DNA of 64,000 nucleotides. Origin: Macrostomum hystrix (lineage: Eukaryota; Animalia; Platyhelminthes). Positions 22,364 to 34,322 of this stretch are shown here, in pieces (position 1 is the first letter of the stretch; each line of letters begins with the position of its first letter). Location of the stretch: NCBI GenBank assembly GCA_950097015.1, contig CATNEN010000038.1:15934001-15998000 (forward strand). The letters run 5' to 3'. Under the pieces are notes generated by a model that saw nothing but the letters and a program-made list of their open reading frames with translations, did no database searches and had not been told where the DNA came from. The translations under genes were made by a program, and so were the position numbers.

Positions 22364-23002
22364 TCTATCGTAGTAGGTTTTGGGAGTTGTGACACCATCT
22401 ATCGTAGTAGGTTTTGGGAATTGTGACACCATCTATCGTAGTAGGGTTTGGGAATTGTGACACCATCTATCGTAGTAGGTTTTGGGAGTTGTGACACCAT
22501 CTATCGTAGTAGGTTTTGGGAATTGTGACACCATCTATCGTAGTAGGGTTTGGGAATTGTGACACCATCTATCGTAGTAGGTTTTGGGAATTGTGACACC
22601 ATCTATCGTAGTAGGTTTTGGGAATTGTGACACCATCTATCGTAGTAGGGTTTGGGAATTGTGACACCATCTATCGTAGTAGGGTTTGGGAGTTGTGACA
22701 CCATCTATCGTAGTAGGGTTTGGGAATTGTGACACCATCTATCGTAGTAGGGTTTGGGAATTGTGACACCATCTATCGTAGTAGGGTTTGGGAATTGTGA
22801 CACCATCTATCGTAGTAGGGTTTGGGAATTGTGACACCATCTATCGTAGTAGGCTTTGGGAATTGTGACACCATCTATCGTAGTAGGTTTTGGGAATTGT
22901 GACACCATCTATCGTAGTAGGGTTTGGGAATTGTGACACCATCTATCGTAGTAGGTTTTGGGAATTGTGACACCATCTATCGTAGTAGGGTTTGGGAATT
23001 GT
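22364..23002. repeat. 34-bp minisatellite
   Basis: TCTATCGTAGTAGGTTTTGGGAATTGTGACACCA, about 19 copies. Confidence 0.97.
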
Positions 23003-23849
23003 AACAAAAATTTATCCGAGCACATTTTTGTGATATTTGACACCATAAATTTGGATAGCCAAGCATGCCTTGCACGGCAACGGTAGTAGATAGGTCACAA
23101 GATAACAAACGGTCCATTACAAGAAAGTAATGCATGCAATATAAATGGCATGGTTTTTCTGATAATATAATGTTATATTTTTAGAATTTTTGCTTACAAA
23201 AAACATGCATGTCGACTTATAAAAACTTTAATAGAGAACATTTCTAAATAGACGCGATTATATTTGAGTTTAGTTTGTGTACCACTTCTTATCCCAGTTT
23301 TTCACTATCGTAGTAGGAGCCTAAATATTAGGCTCCTAAATATTAGCCTAAATCTTATTTAGCAGCCTAAATAAGAAACAAACTAATATTTCTTTAAAGC
23401 AACGAAATGTTTTTATAGCGAAGAAAAATCTTAATAAGCTGAAGTGGCAAATAAAGACATTGTATTTCTGAAAAATTAGACGCAAAGTTGTAAAAAAATG
23501 ATCTAAAGATTTCAAGTGTAAAAAATGTTGTGCGGCAAAGTTCAACAAAATAGGCACGACAATGACTTACGGTATAAGCGTGTAAGAGTTATTTTTTGAC
23601 GACGACATGATATATGATCTGAATAATGATTTCTAAGAAGTGATCACTATAAACACTTAGAAACAGTTATATATTTACGCACTCATCGTAATAAACATTT
23701 CGTCATAGAATATATTGTGCAAAAGTATTTTTAATAATGAGTTGCTCAGGAATAAAACTCAAATCTAAGAAAAACGAAAACGTGGGAAAAATTGTAGTTT
23801 TCCTTTACATTTTTATCAATTTTAAGTAATGTGAGACAATTGGAGGGTT

Positions 23850-24040
23850 ACTGTTTTAGTGCGTGATTGAAGGTCTGGGGTTCGATTCCCAAATCCACTG
23901 GAACAACTTGTCCTTTAGCAAGGCTGTTGAATGCTGTTAAAAGGGTGCCAGAATTTGCTGGGGAAATTGAGTTTGGGTGTGGCGCCACACCAGTCCATGG
24001 ACTGAACAGCTGTACGCTGTAAATTGAATAACTAATTATT
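23850..24040 (+). mobile_element. tRNA-derived SINE family A, degenerate copy
   Basis: B box GGTTCGATTCC at 23879, CCTTTAGCAAG, and the CAGTCCATGGACTG palindrome. Confidence 0.7.
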
Positions 24041-24133
24041 TTGTTACTACTAATTGTCAAAATGGATAACAAATAAAGTCAGGACATTATCTCTACGCCT
24101 GCAAACCTAGCCATAGAGACTAAAGAATTCAAA

Positions 24134-27100
24134 TCAAAACACTGAATCATCCGTACCAGTTTCGGTCAGGAACTGCTTCCAGACAACCGGGAATCGGTTA
24201 AACACCGAGTCTTTGAACTGATCCCGATTAGTTGACAACTGGCGGACGCAGTATTTCAACAATTCCGAACCAATGTCCTGCCACCTACGAGTAGTCTCAT
24301 CGGTCAGTGCCAGCCAGGACTGGATTTCGCTGACTCGCTTTCGAATCATCTTCCTGTGCCGTTCGGCGTCAAACTGGCCGGGCCGTTTGGCGCCGAACGA
24401 GGCGGCGGCTTTGATCTTTTCGCGCAGAGCGCGCACCAGAATGTACCAGGCTGTTTTCTTTTTTAATAGGCCAATTACCTCCTGCTTGGCGTCGACAAAG
24501 TACAGAACCTCGCCTTCGTAGCCGTAGCCTCGACGAATCTGAAGCGGCGAGGGTTAAGATTCTGAGTAGTAACTGAGTGACAGAGCTGTCTAACGCGTGT
24601 GCCTGTATGACTAAACAGTATGACTGATTGCATGATGCACTGAATGACTAAACAGTATGACTGATTGCATGATGCACTGAATGACTAAACAGTATGACTG
24701 ATTGCATGATGCACTGAATGACTAAACAGTATGACTGATTGCATGATGCACTGAATGACTAAACAGTATGACTGATTGCATGATGCACTGAATGACTAAC
24801 CAGTATGACTGATTGCATGATGCACTGTATGACTAAACAGTATGACTGATTGCATGATGCACTGAATGACTAAACAGTATGACTGATTGCATGATGCACT
24901 GTATGACTAAACAGTATGACTGATTGCATGATTCACTGTATGACTAAACAGTATGACTGATTGCATGATGCACTGAGTGACTAAGCAGCATATGGTTTAA
25001 TTGCATAATCTAGTGCATGAGTACTTACCGTCTCGCAGACGGCCTCAAACTGCGCAGGGTCGCAGGTCTCGTAGCTGGTCGGGTCAAGGCCGAAGCTGTC
25101 GCGAGCTAAATCAATGGCAGTGTCTGGCGGCATGTAGGACATGCTGACGCTGTCAATATCGTGACTGGTGAACGTGATGAACTTTGGAATCGGCCTGATC
25201 GGTGTATTGAGGATTTTCGCGAGGTTTTGGAAGACGTCAGCGTGCGAAATACATTGCTAATATTACGATAGTAAACAGTAATAATAATAGTAATTATATT
25301 GCAGGAGGGCTGCGGGCAATAGCACATCATTTGGTGACACTAGACCCGCAGCCAGCGAGGAGGCAATTCTGCCCGTTTCGCTGACTCCTGAGCTCATACG
25401 CACACAGATACCGTATGTAGGTTTACGCTCACAGTTGTGTACATCTGCCCTGATCTTCTCAACGACAGTCAGTGTACACTCTCACTGTGCCTTGGAGGTT
25501 GGCCCCCACAATTTACGGAGGTTGGCGTAAATTGCACGACAAGCCTTTAAACCCTTTTTCAGGGTTAGCGTCCCAAATGAATGCGGCCTCGCTGCAGAAT
25601 CGAGCTCAGGGACCTTGGTGCCAACGCGTTAATCGCCCTGCCACCTAATCCCCGGAGTTCAAAGTAGAAATACCTTGCTTTTTCTCCTCCCGCCATAGTA
25701 TGAAGGGAGCGGAATTTCATGTGCGGCCCACAGCACAGCCGCAGCTATTGCGCGGCGCATCTGAAGGCTGCGTACGGCTGTTCAGTCCATAGACTGGTGG
25801 GACGTCACACACACTATCAATCACCCAGCCAATGCTGGTACCGATTTAACAGCTTGGTGGACTATAGTGGCAAAGGACACGAATTATTCCAGTGGAGTCA
25901 GGAATCGAACCCCCTTCTACGCAATGCAGACACATCTGTGCAAGGTGTACATCAGAAAGTTAGTTAGCGTTTCGAGAATTTCGTGTGCTCAGCGTTACTC
26001 AATTCCGGCCAAACCCTGCGTACTTCTACTTTTTTAAAAGAAACAAACATACGCATCATTAGTCAGCAGTTCAACATGCTGATGATCCTTATAAAGGATT
26101 TCAAACACGGCTGTCAGCGCCCGCTGCCTCAGGTAGGTAACAAAGGACTCCCGCTTATCAATCGGCAGCTGGTCAAAGTAGCGCAGAAAGTCGGCGCAGA
26201 ACTGTCTGGCTACTCGACATCTGTCATGCGTGAAATACTGCAGATCCTCTGCGCGCAGCGCCGACAAGCGTTGGATGGAAAAATATTTCTTTAGTTATTG
26301 CGCAAATAAAAAAAGCACGAAAAAGCTGCATTTACCAAATCTGCGAAACAAGACGTGATTATTCTTTGATCCGGCCAAAAAATAGTCGCAGCCAGCTAGT
26401 CTAATCACGGCCACGTGCAACGCCTCGCCGTTGGCTTTGCGAGTTCTAACTAGCCTCTTCGCTTCACCGATTGGCTTAGAGAAATACTGATACCACACCT
26501 GCAAGATGAACATTGTGAGGCTCGGAAGTAACCGCTATTTGATTTGATTGATTGAATAGAAGACCAGGGGGGCATTTCAAATACCCGCTGCCTACAAATA
26601 TACAACTTTCAAAGACGTCAGCATCGTCGAGATATTCAGCGATTCTTATCGAAGACCGTGGTGACAAGGACAACTAACATTTCTCTGCATAAACCTCTAC
26701 GGCAAATCCATATTGACTCAATAATCAGAGTTTATCTGTCGTAGGGACCCTTGTTCTCAACATCCCAGGCACCAGGGCACGCTTGATCGCCGTCTGGAGC
26801 ATCCGCGGCGACCGTCGGGACCTTCATCAAAAGCGGTCGTCTTTAAGATGCCGATTTTGTGCTTTTGTTGGTCCCCGACCATGGTACCCGACGGTCGCCG
26901 CTCCAGGCGGCGATGAAGGGGACCATGGTGATTGGGATGCAAAGGTCCCTGCGATTAATTGACATTGTTTGTGAATTTTGTAAGCACAAAAATACGCCTA
27001 TAGTGGTTGTTTTCGTCCCGACGTGAATCGTTTAATATCTCGACGATGTTTTGTGATTCTCGAAAGTTTTAGCCTTGTGTTCAGGATTTTTATGGCGATT

Positions 27101-28156
27101 GGCGAAATATTTAAAGGTATACAGAAATAAGAAAAATGTGGTATTTTAAATACCCTCTAGTGGTCTATTTTATTTAAAATACCAAATTATTTAAAATAAT
27201 TTATCAAACACGCTTGCTGATTTAGAAACCGACCTGGTCAGCCACATTCTCCGATCTGTCATCGTCGTCGCCTGAGCCGCCGGTGAACTTTCTCAACGCT
27301 TTCAACGCCACATAGGTGCCATGCGGTGCCGACTGTCCATCCGAGCTGTCTGTGTCACCGGCACCCTTTTTAAATAGTCGCACCTCTAGCACGGTGTTGC
27401 CACGGGCAACCATTTTACGCAGATCTGCGTGCCTGTCGTAAATAGCGTCGTCTGGGCCATATTTTACCTTCACCTACCAGGCAGAGAATGTTTCTAGTTT
27501 AATATACAAAACCCGAAGCTTAATTAGATATGTAATAATTATTAATAATAATTAATTGCACCTGCCCAATCGGGTCAGATTTGCAGCTATTGCGCGGTGA
27601 ATCTGAAGGATGCGTACGGCTGTTCAGTCCATGGACTTAGGAGTGCCGCACCCACCCTTGATTGCCCCAGCTTGTACCCGCGAGCCAATCACAAATTTAA
27701 GCGAAGGGGGGTCAAAATTGCTAGTTAAATATACAAAAACAAGATTTAGGGAAGGGGTTTTATCGAAGAAGCACATCGATTCCATTGTTTATCGCACAAC
27801 ACAATTTCGCTGTGCAGCCAAAGTAAAAAAATTAAATGCAATTTAAACGAAGCACGAATATTACTTAACTAACCTGAACATCGTGTAAAATGCACTGATA
27901 ACCCTTGGGCAGGATGCAGTCTGGCACTGTTGTTGTATGCATCTTAACATGAGAATGATTTGAAGCCCAGTGCAGATATCTGTCAGTTTTAATAAGGGAA
28001 GATTATTAACATCGATCGATAGAATGAGAACAGCGTTGACTAAACGTACAAGTGCTCGAATTACCTCTCGCCCTGTTCATTGCGCTCTGCCCAGGAAGGA
28101 CAGGAATCAGAAGCAGCTGATTTTGAGCGCGAATCTTCATCAACTGCTTCTGACAT
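24134..28156 (-). CDS. Stand-alone ATP-dependent RNA ligase (Trl1/T4 Rnl1-like adenylyltransferase), 7 exons, about 455 aa
   Basis: Exons 28156-28065, 27979-27874, 27473-27234, 26498-26336, 26248-26053, 25194-25029, 24538-24134. All introns are GT-AG and phases are consistent (1368 nt). Motifs in order: ARG, LRKFTG, KANGE (I), GSKN (Ia), FEIL...HQHV (III), EGEVLY (IV), LLKKK (V). Confidence 0.8.
24608..24990. repeat. 37-bp minisatellite in the last intron of the ligase gene
   Basis: ATGACTAAACAGTATGACTGATTGCATGATGCACTGA, about 10 copies. Confidence 0.96.
25300..25650 (-). mobile_element. SINE-like element, family B
   Basis: Degenerate A/B-box-like head on the minus strand. The body (GCAGATGTACAC...CAGGAGTCAGCGAA...TCCTCGCTGGCTGC...GGTCTAGT) matches 29690-29890 in the opposite orientation. 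Confidence 0.65.
25715..25915 (-). mobile_element. tRNA-derived SINE family A copy
   Basis: GGAATCGAACC (B-box complement), TGCTGGTACCGATTTAACAGCT and CAGTCCATAGACTG. Confidence 0.75.
26743..26950. mobile_element. Foldback/MITE-like element in ligase intron 3
   Basis: AGGGACC...CATCCCA / TGGGATG...GGTCCCT termini, and internal inverted arms ATCGCCGTCTGGAGC...GCGGCGACCGTCGGG / CCCGACGGTCGCCGCTCCAGGCGGCGAT. Confidence 0.6.
27545..27680 (-). mobile_element. SINE family A, 3' fragment
   Basis: GCAGCTATTGCGCGG...CTGAAGG.TGCGTACGGCTGTTCAGTCCATGGAC is shared with 25741-25795. Confidence 0.7.
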
Positions 28157-28749
28157 TGCTGCAAATTACAAATTAAAGTATTAAAATTATATTTCAATAG
28201 TTTTTTTAAACATAGGCTACATAAATTAGACTAAGTGACTTGAGTGAGTCATCATACTGTATGATTTCTGAGTCACCAGAAGTACAGCAGTCTCCAATTG
28301 AATAAAAAAGCAAAAAACAGTTAGCACACACGTGAACACCGTGCTCCGGCGAAATGATCCTTATTAACTTAGCATTAGTCTCAAAACAGTATATATATCA
28401 TCAGGAAAGTGCACAATCCGTTATAAATTTATCATTATAAATTAAAAACACAAGACTAACATGATTGCTCATGAGGACACATAGGAAAATAATATACAGC
28501 TGATATAGCTGTAGCTACATAATATTTTACTCATAAAAAGTATTCCATTAAATATGCAAAATTTACAAAATTTAGTTGCCGTATTGTTTAGACCTATATA
28601 ATAACAATTATATTATTTCTGTACTTTCCAATTGACACGGAAAAATATACTAAGGTTTGAGTTAGCATTTATCAAAGTCAGGCTCTTATAGATCATGTAG
28701 ATGATTATTTTAGTCAATGTGATTAATAGCGCTTCACTGATAACATCTT

Positions 28750-28960
28750 GAGATGGTCTACATCGAAGGGATAGAGATATTGTCGATATTTTGTACATCG
28801 AAGGGTAGGGAATCGTCGATTGTGTACATTGAAGGAGAGAGGAAATTGTCAATTGCGTACATAGAAGGGGTAGGGAAATTGTCTAGTGTGTACATCAAAG
28901 GGCTAGGAAATTCGTCACTTGTGTACATCGAAGGGGTAGAGAGATTGTCGAGAGTATGAA
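28750..28960. repeat. Degenerate ~33-bp tandem repeat
   Basis: Recurring TACAT(C/T/A)GAAGGG...ATTGTC, about 6 copies. Confidence 0.75.
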
Positions 28961-29689
28961 TAATAGTATAAACTTTATTTTTCATTCTTCCCTTTTATGC
29001 TGTGAGAAAGAAATAAAGAAGAATATTAAAATATTTTAAAATATCGTACTAGTACAAAACGTTTAGATGCAATAGCAAAAAAGCAGTTTAATAAATAGAT
29101 TAGAACTAATAAAATATCATTCCGGATACAAAACAGCTACATCCTAATTACTTACAAAGCAACGCATGAGATTATGAAGAATTAAATTTAAAAAACCGGA
29201 GATATTGATCTTTTGAGGTTTCGAAGGAGGTTTAACGGTTTGACTGATTTACTCACAGGGCATGCAAGGATGTCTTTTCAGAACACGAATTAAATACAAC
29301 GCAGTACGCATCAATTTAAGATAAAGCTTTCCTCATTCCTTCACTTTGTCGGACCAAAACTTAACACACAATAGCGTAATGCAGTAGGCAAATAATTATT
29401 ATTACATGTTTATATCGCGTTGCGTCACAATTAGTTATAAATAAAAAAGGCTAGATGACGGCTATGGAGAGCAATTTGCAGAGGGATAGAGCAACGATGT
29501 AAGAAATTATTAAATGAAAGACTGAACAATTTTTTACATTCGAAATTAAATAACTATTAAATGATAACAGTTTAAAACATTTCTGTGCTTTGATAAGCAA
29601 CTAGGTAAATGATTAGGGCGATACCAGGCTACCAGGCATGTTAAAAACACTGTCTGTGTATCAATTGTAGAAGGAATTTATATATATTT

Positions 29690-29890
29690 TTGGGGCGCAG
29701 CTGCGGAGAGAAAGCTCGGTGGCTGGCTTGAAAGTGTACACTTCCTGACGGTGAGAAGAAAGTCAGTGCAGATGTACACACCTGTGTGAGCGTGTGCCTG
29801 CGTACGGTGTTTGTGTTTGTGTGTGCTCAGGAGTCAGCGAATAGGGCGGAATCGTATCCTCGCTGGCTGCAGGTCTAGTATCACCATTTC
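29690..29890 (+). mobile_element. SINE-like family B copy, 3' of ATG13
   Basis: Reverse-complement similarity to 25332-25480. Confidence 0.6.
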
Positions 29891-29968
29891 CCGAGCTTCC
29901 TAAAGCTTTAACAACAGGTCTACAAGCTCCTGCTACAGCCAGCTAATCTATAACCGCATCGACCGAGC

Positions 29969-32900
29969 TCACGCAGCGTGGCAGTCCGCGTCTTCCCTAG
30001 CCAGAATGTCGTTCAACAGCAGGTCAAAGTCGGCTAGATCGCGTTCGAAAAAGTCCAACTGCTGCGGAATAGCGCCGATGCGGCTAGCCAGAGGACCGCA
30101 GCCCGCAAACATGCTCAGCCGGATGTTCAACGACTTCAGGCGACGCACCAGCTGCTGACGTCGCTCCTCCGCTTCCGCCTCGGAAACTGCCGCGGTAGCG
30201 TCGTCATCAGCGTTGGCAAAACAGGCGGCCAGCTGACTGTCGGTCATGGAGGCCTGCGGATAGTTTGAGAAGCAAAGTATCAAGTTAGTCTGTCTGACCA
30301 GCTTTACAGACTGGTCACTGGTCTGGTGCAAATATTGCCTAATATCACCTTCTTCTGGGTAACTAAAAGTTTTCTCTCAGTAACTGAAGTGTCTTCTCTG
30401 TTACGGAAGTGTCTTCTCTGTTACGGAAGTGTCTTCTCTGTTACGGAAGTGTCTTCTCTGTTACGGAAGTGTCTTCTCTGTTACGGAAGTGTCTTCTATG
30501 TAACTGAAGTGTCTTCTATGTAACTGAAGTGTCTTCTATGTAACTGAAGTGTCTTCTATGTAACTGAAGTGTCTTCTATGTAACTGAAGTGTCTTCTATG
30601 TAACTGAAGTGTCTTCTTGTTAACTGAAGTGTCTTCTCTGTACAAGACTTGGCTCCTCTGTAATTGAAGTGCCTCTTCTGTAACTGAAGTGTCTACTATG
30701 TAACTGAAGTGTCTTCTCGGTAACTGAAGTGTCCTCAATGTAACTGAAGTGTCTTCTCGGTAACTGAAGAAGAACAAGAATTGTACAAGAATTGGCTCCT
30801 CTGTAATTGAAGTGCCTCTTCTGTAACTGAAGTGTCTTCTATGTAACTGAAGTGTCCTCAATGTAACTGAAGTGTCTTCTCGGTAACTGAAGTGTCTTCT
30901 CGTTAAATGAAGTGTCTTTTCTGTACAAGACTTGGCTCCTCTGTAATTGAAGTGCCTCTTCTGTAACTGAAGTGTCTACTATGCAACTGAAGTGTCTACT
31001 ATGTAACTGAAGTGTCTACTATGTAACTGAAGTGTCTTCTCGGTAACTGAAGAAGAACAAGAATTGTACAAGAATTGGCTCCTCTGTAATTGAAGTGCCT
31101 CTTCTGTAACTGAAGTGTCTTCTATGTAACTGAAGTGTCTTCTTGTTAACTGAAGTGTCTTCTCTGTACAAGACTTGGCTCCTCTGTAATTGAAGTGCCT
31201 CTTCTGTAACTGAAGTGTCTACTATGCAACTGAAGTGTCTACTATGTAACTGAAGTGTCTTCTCGGTAACTGAAGTGTCCTCAATGTAACTGAAGTGTCT
31301 TCTCGGTAACTGAAGAAGAACAAGAATTGTACAAGAATTGGCTCCTCTGTAATTGAAGTGCCTCTTCTGTAACTGAAGTGTCCTCAATGTAACTGAAGTG
31401 TCTTCTCGGTAACTGAAGTGTCTACTATGTAACTGAAGTGTCTACTACGTAACTGAAGTGTCTACTATGTAACTGAAGTGTCTACTATGTAACTGAAGTG
31501 TCTACTATGTAACTGAAGTGTCTACTATGTAACTGAAGTGTCTACTACGTAACTGAAGTGTCTTCTATGTAACTGAAGTGTCTACTATGTAACTGAAGTG
31601 TCTACTACGTAACTGAAGTGTCTTCTATGTAACTGAAGTGTCTACTATGTAACTGAAGTGTCTACTACGTAACTGAAGTGTCTTCTATGTAACTGAAGTG
31701 TCTACTATGTAACTGAAGTGTCTACTACGTAACTGAAGTGTCTTCTATGTAACTGAAGTGTCTACTATGTAACTGAAGTGTCTACTACGTAACTGAAGTG
31801 TCTTCTATGTAACTGAAGTGTCTACTATGTAACTGAAGTGTCTACTACGTAACTGAAGTGTCTTCTATGTAACTGAAGTGTCTACTATGTAACTGAAGTG
31901 TCTACTACGTAACTGAAGTGTCTTCTATGTAACTGAAGTGTCTACTATGTAACTGAAGTGTCTACTACGTAACTGAAGTGTCTTCTATGTAACTGAAGTG
32001 TCTTCTCTGTAACTGATGTGTCTCCTCTGTAACTGAAGTGTCTTCCCCGTAACTGAAATGTCTTCTATGTAACTGAAGTGTCTTCTCTGTAACTGATGTG
32101 TCTCCTCTGTAACTGAAGTGTCTTCCCCGTAACTGAAGTGTCTTCCCCGTAACTGAAATGTCTTCTCTATGAGTGAAGTGCTGTAACTGAAATGTCTCCT
32201 CTGCACCTGCAGTGTATTCTCCGTAACTCGGAAACTAAACTCTCAGCCTTTAAAGAGTGTTCTTAGTGAAGGAACCTTGGGTGTTCTCTGGACTACCAAA
32301 AAGTGTCTAGTTAGGTAATTTACATTTAAAAATATTTTTTTAAAAAGCAAATCAGAGACAAATAAAAAAGTAGAAAATGAACTGAACTCACATCAATAAC
32401 AGCTGTTTGTTCCACTGCGCCAGCTTTCGATTGAAATGCCAATTCCTCTTGTGCGCTACTGCTACTACTAGCAGTAGCATCGCCATCCTCGTCCTCTTCC
32501 TCTTCTTCGTCATCTTCCTCATCCTCGTCTTCATCTTCTTCGTCGACTTCTGTAGATGAGGGCTCCGCGGTGGTGGACAAACATCGACGGGATGAAATTC
32601 TAGGTGGCGGAGTTGGCGCCGAATTCAATTTCGCTCTGCGCTCTCTGTCGACTTCGTTGCGGTCGTTGACGCCAACTTCGTCGTCTTCAGCAGCGACTGG
32701 CTGACAGCCAGCAGCCAGTGAGGCCTCCAGATGCCGCGGATCTAGACCGTCACCTGAATACGGAAGATAATATACAGTGTTCAATTGAAAACCGTGGTAA
32801 AAGCCATGCATAATATATTCTCTAGATTTCTAGATGCTAGCCGTCAAAGTCTCAATCACTGCGGCAATGGGCAAAATGCGACTGCCGTTTTCGCTCCTTG

Positions 32901-34322
32901 CGAGAAAAAGCCGACAATGGGATTGAGATTTTGAATTCAGTAGCTTAAAGGGACATTAGAAAATTTTTTTAGAAATCTAACTTAAAAAATCACAAAGTGC
33001 GAGTATTAAGTCCATACGAAAATTCTCACCTGACCGATAGCAGCAGGTCAGGGTCAGCTGGCCGGCCGCTGTGCGCACGGAAGCGATTCGACGCTCGCGC
33101 GAATCCGAGCCGAGAGCGGCTGTGGCGGCGGCGCTGGCAGCGCTGGATGCGCCGTCGACTGCGCCGCCGTTGCTGCTACTGCTACTGCTGCCGCGTCGAA
33201 TATTGAAGCACATTAGCCAGCGATCGCTGACCTGTTGCCGTCTGGCAATGCGATAAGCCGGCAGGACGCGACTTAGAGACCAGAGAGCCTTCAGAGCGAC
33301 CACAAGTCGGTCAAAGGTTTTCATCCGCTTGATAGCCGGGTCCGAGTCTTCGTCGGAGAAGTGAAATGTCCACACCTATGCAATAAGGAAAGAATATATT
33401 ATAATCTTACTTTGTCTTTGAAAACCTCTTTGATAAGGATGTCTATATCTCAATTACCAATACCTCCCGTGTCTTCCACCCTCCAATGTCTGCAGTGTCT
33501 TTGCCACCTTATCATTAAATCTCCTGTCTTCCCACCACATCCTCTCAATCCTCAGTAGAATCCCCTGCCATACCTGCCTTATCTCACAATCCCGAGTAGA
33601 ATCCCCTGTCATACCTGCCTTATCTCACAATCCCGAGTAGAATCCCCTGTCATACCTGCCTTATCTCACAATCCCGAGTAGAATCCCCTGCCATACCTGC
33701 CTTATCTCACAATCCCGAGTAGAATCCCCTGCCATACCTGCCTTATCTCACAATCCCGAGTAGAATCCCCTGCCACACCTGCCATATCTCACAATCCCGA
33801 GTAGAATCCCCTATCATACCTGCCTTATCTCACAATCCCGAGTAGAATCCCCTGTCATACCTGCCTTATCTCACAATCCCGAGTAGAATCCCCTGCCATA
33901 CCTGCCTTATCTCACAATCCCGAGTAGAATCCCCTGTCATACCTGCCTTATCTCACAATCCCGAGTAGAATCCCGTCTTATCTTTCAATACCCCGCCTTC
34001 ACCACTTCATAGTAAGCAGCATTAAACGCACCTCCAAAAAGACTCGTGCCTGACTCCGTTCAGAGCACAGGTAGATCTCGACAGAGTGGCTGTCATTATT
34101 GCGCAATTCAAAATTGCTACTAAACTGGCCTTTGATTGACACGGCAATACTGGGATCATCTTCTAGCGATAGGCCGAGAGACACCTGTGGACTATAAACC
34201 TTGCAACTGCAGCGAAACACCTTACTGGATCGACTCTGCAGGATAACTTGAATGGCCCGAAATATGAAATATCGTATTAACTTGTGCACTAGACGCCTGT
34301 CCTCTTGCTGGCTTGGCTCCAT
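29969..34322 (-). CDS. ATG13: Autophagy-related protein 13 (HORMA domain), 4 exons, about 427 aa
   Basis: Exons 34322-34032, 33375-33030, 32753-32392, 30253-29969, phases consistent. AIQVILQSR, VEIYL, LEVW, RLVVALKALWSLSRVLPAYRIAR and LTLTCCYR match the ATG13 HORMA pattern. Confidence 0.88.
30378..32200. repeat. 20-bp minisatellite with higher-order blocks in ATG13 intron 3
   Basis: TAACTGAAGTGTCTTCTATG units. Exact 60-bp trimers at 31561-31980 and larger duplicated blocks at 30600-31400. Confidence 0.97.
33554..33974. repeat. 41-bp minisatellite in ATG13 intron 1
   Basis: AGTAGAATCCCCTGCCATACCTGCCTTATCTCACAATCCCG, about 10 copies. Confidence 0.96.

Noticed and set aside
25300-25390. Minus-strand GCCTCCTCGCTGGC, identical to the P3/L3 of the HDV ribozyme
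   Set aside because: I found no P1 partner, no P1.1 GG and no adjacent P2. The downstream bases form a simple hairpin (GGCTGCGGGT/GCCCGCAGCC), and the second copy near 29855 breaks P3. An RNArobo or Infernal search on the family consensus would settle it.
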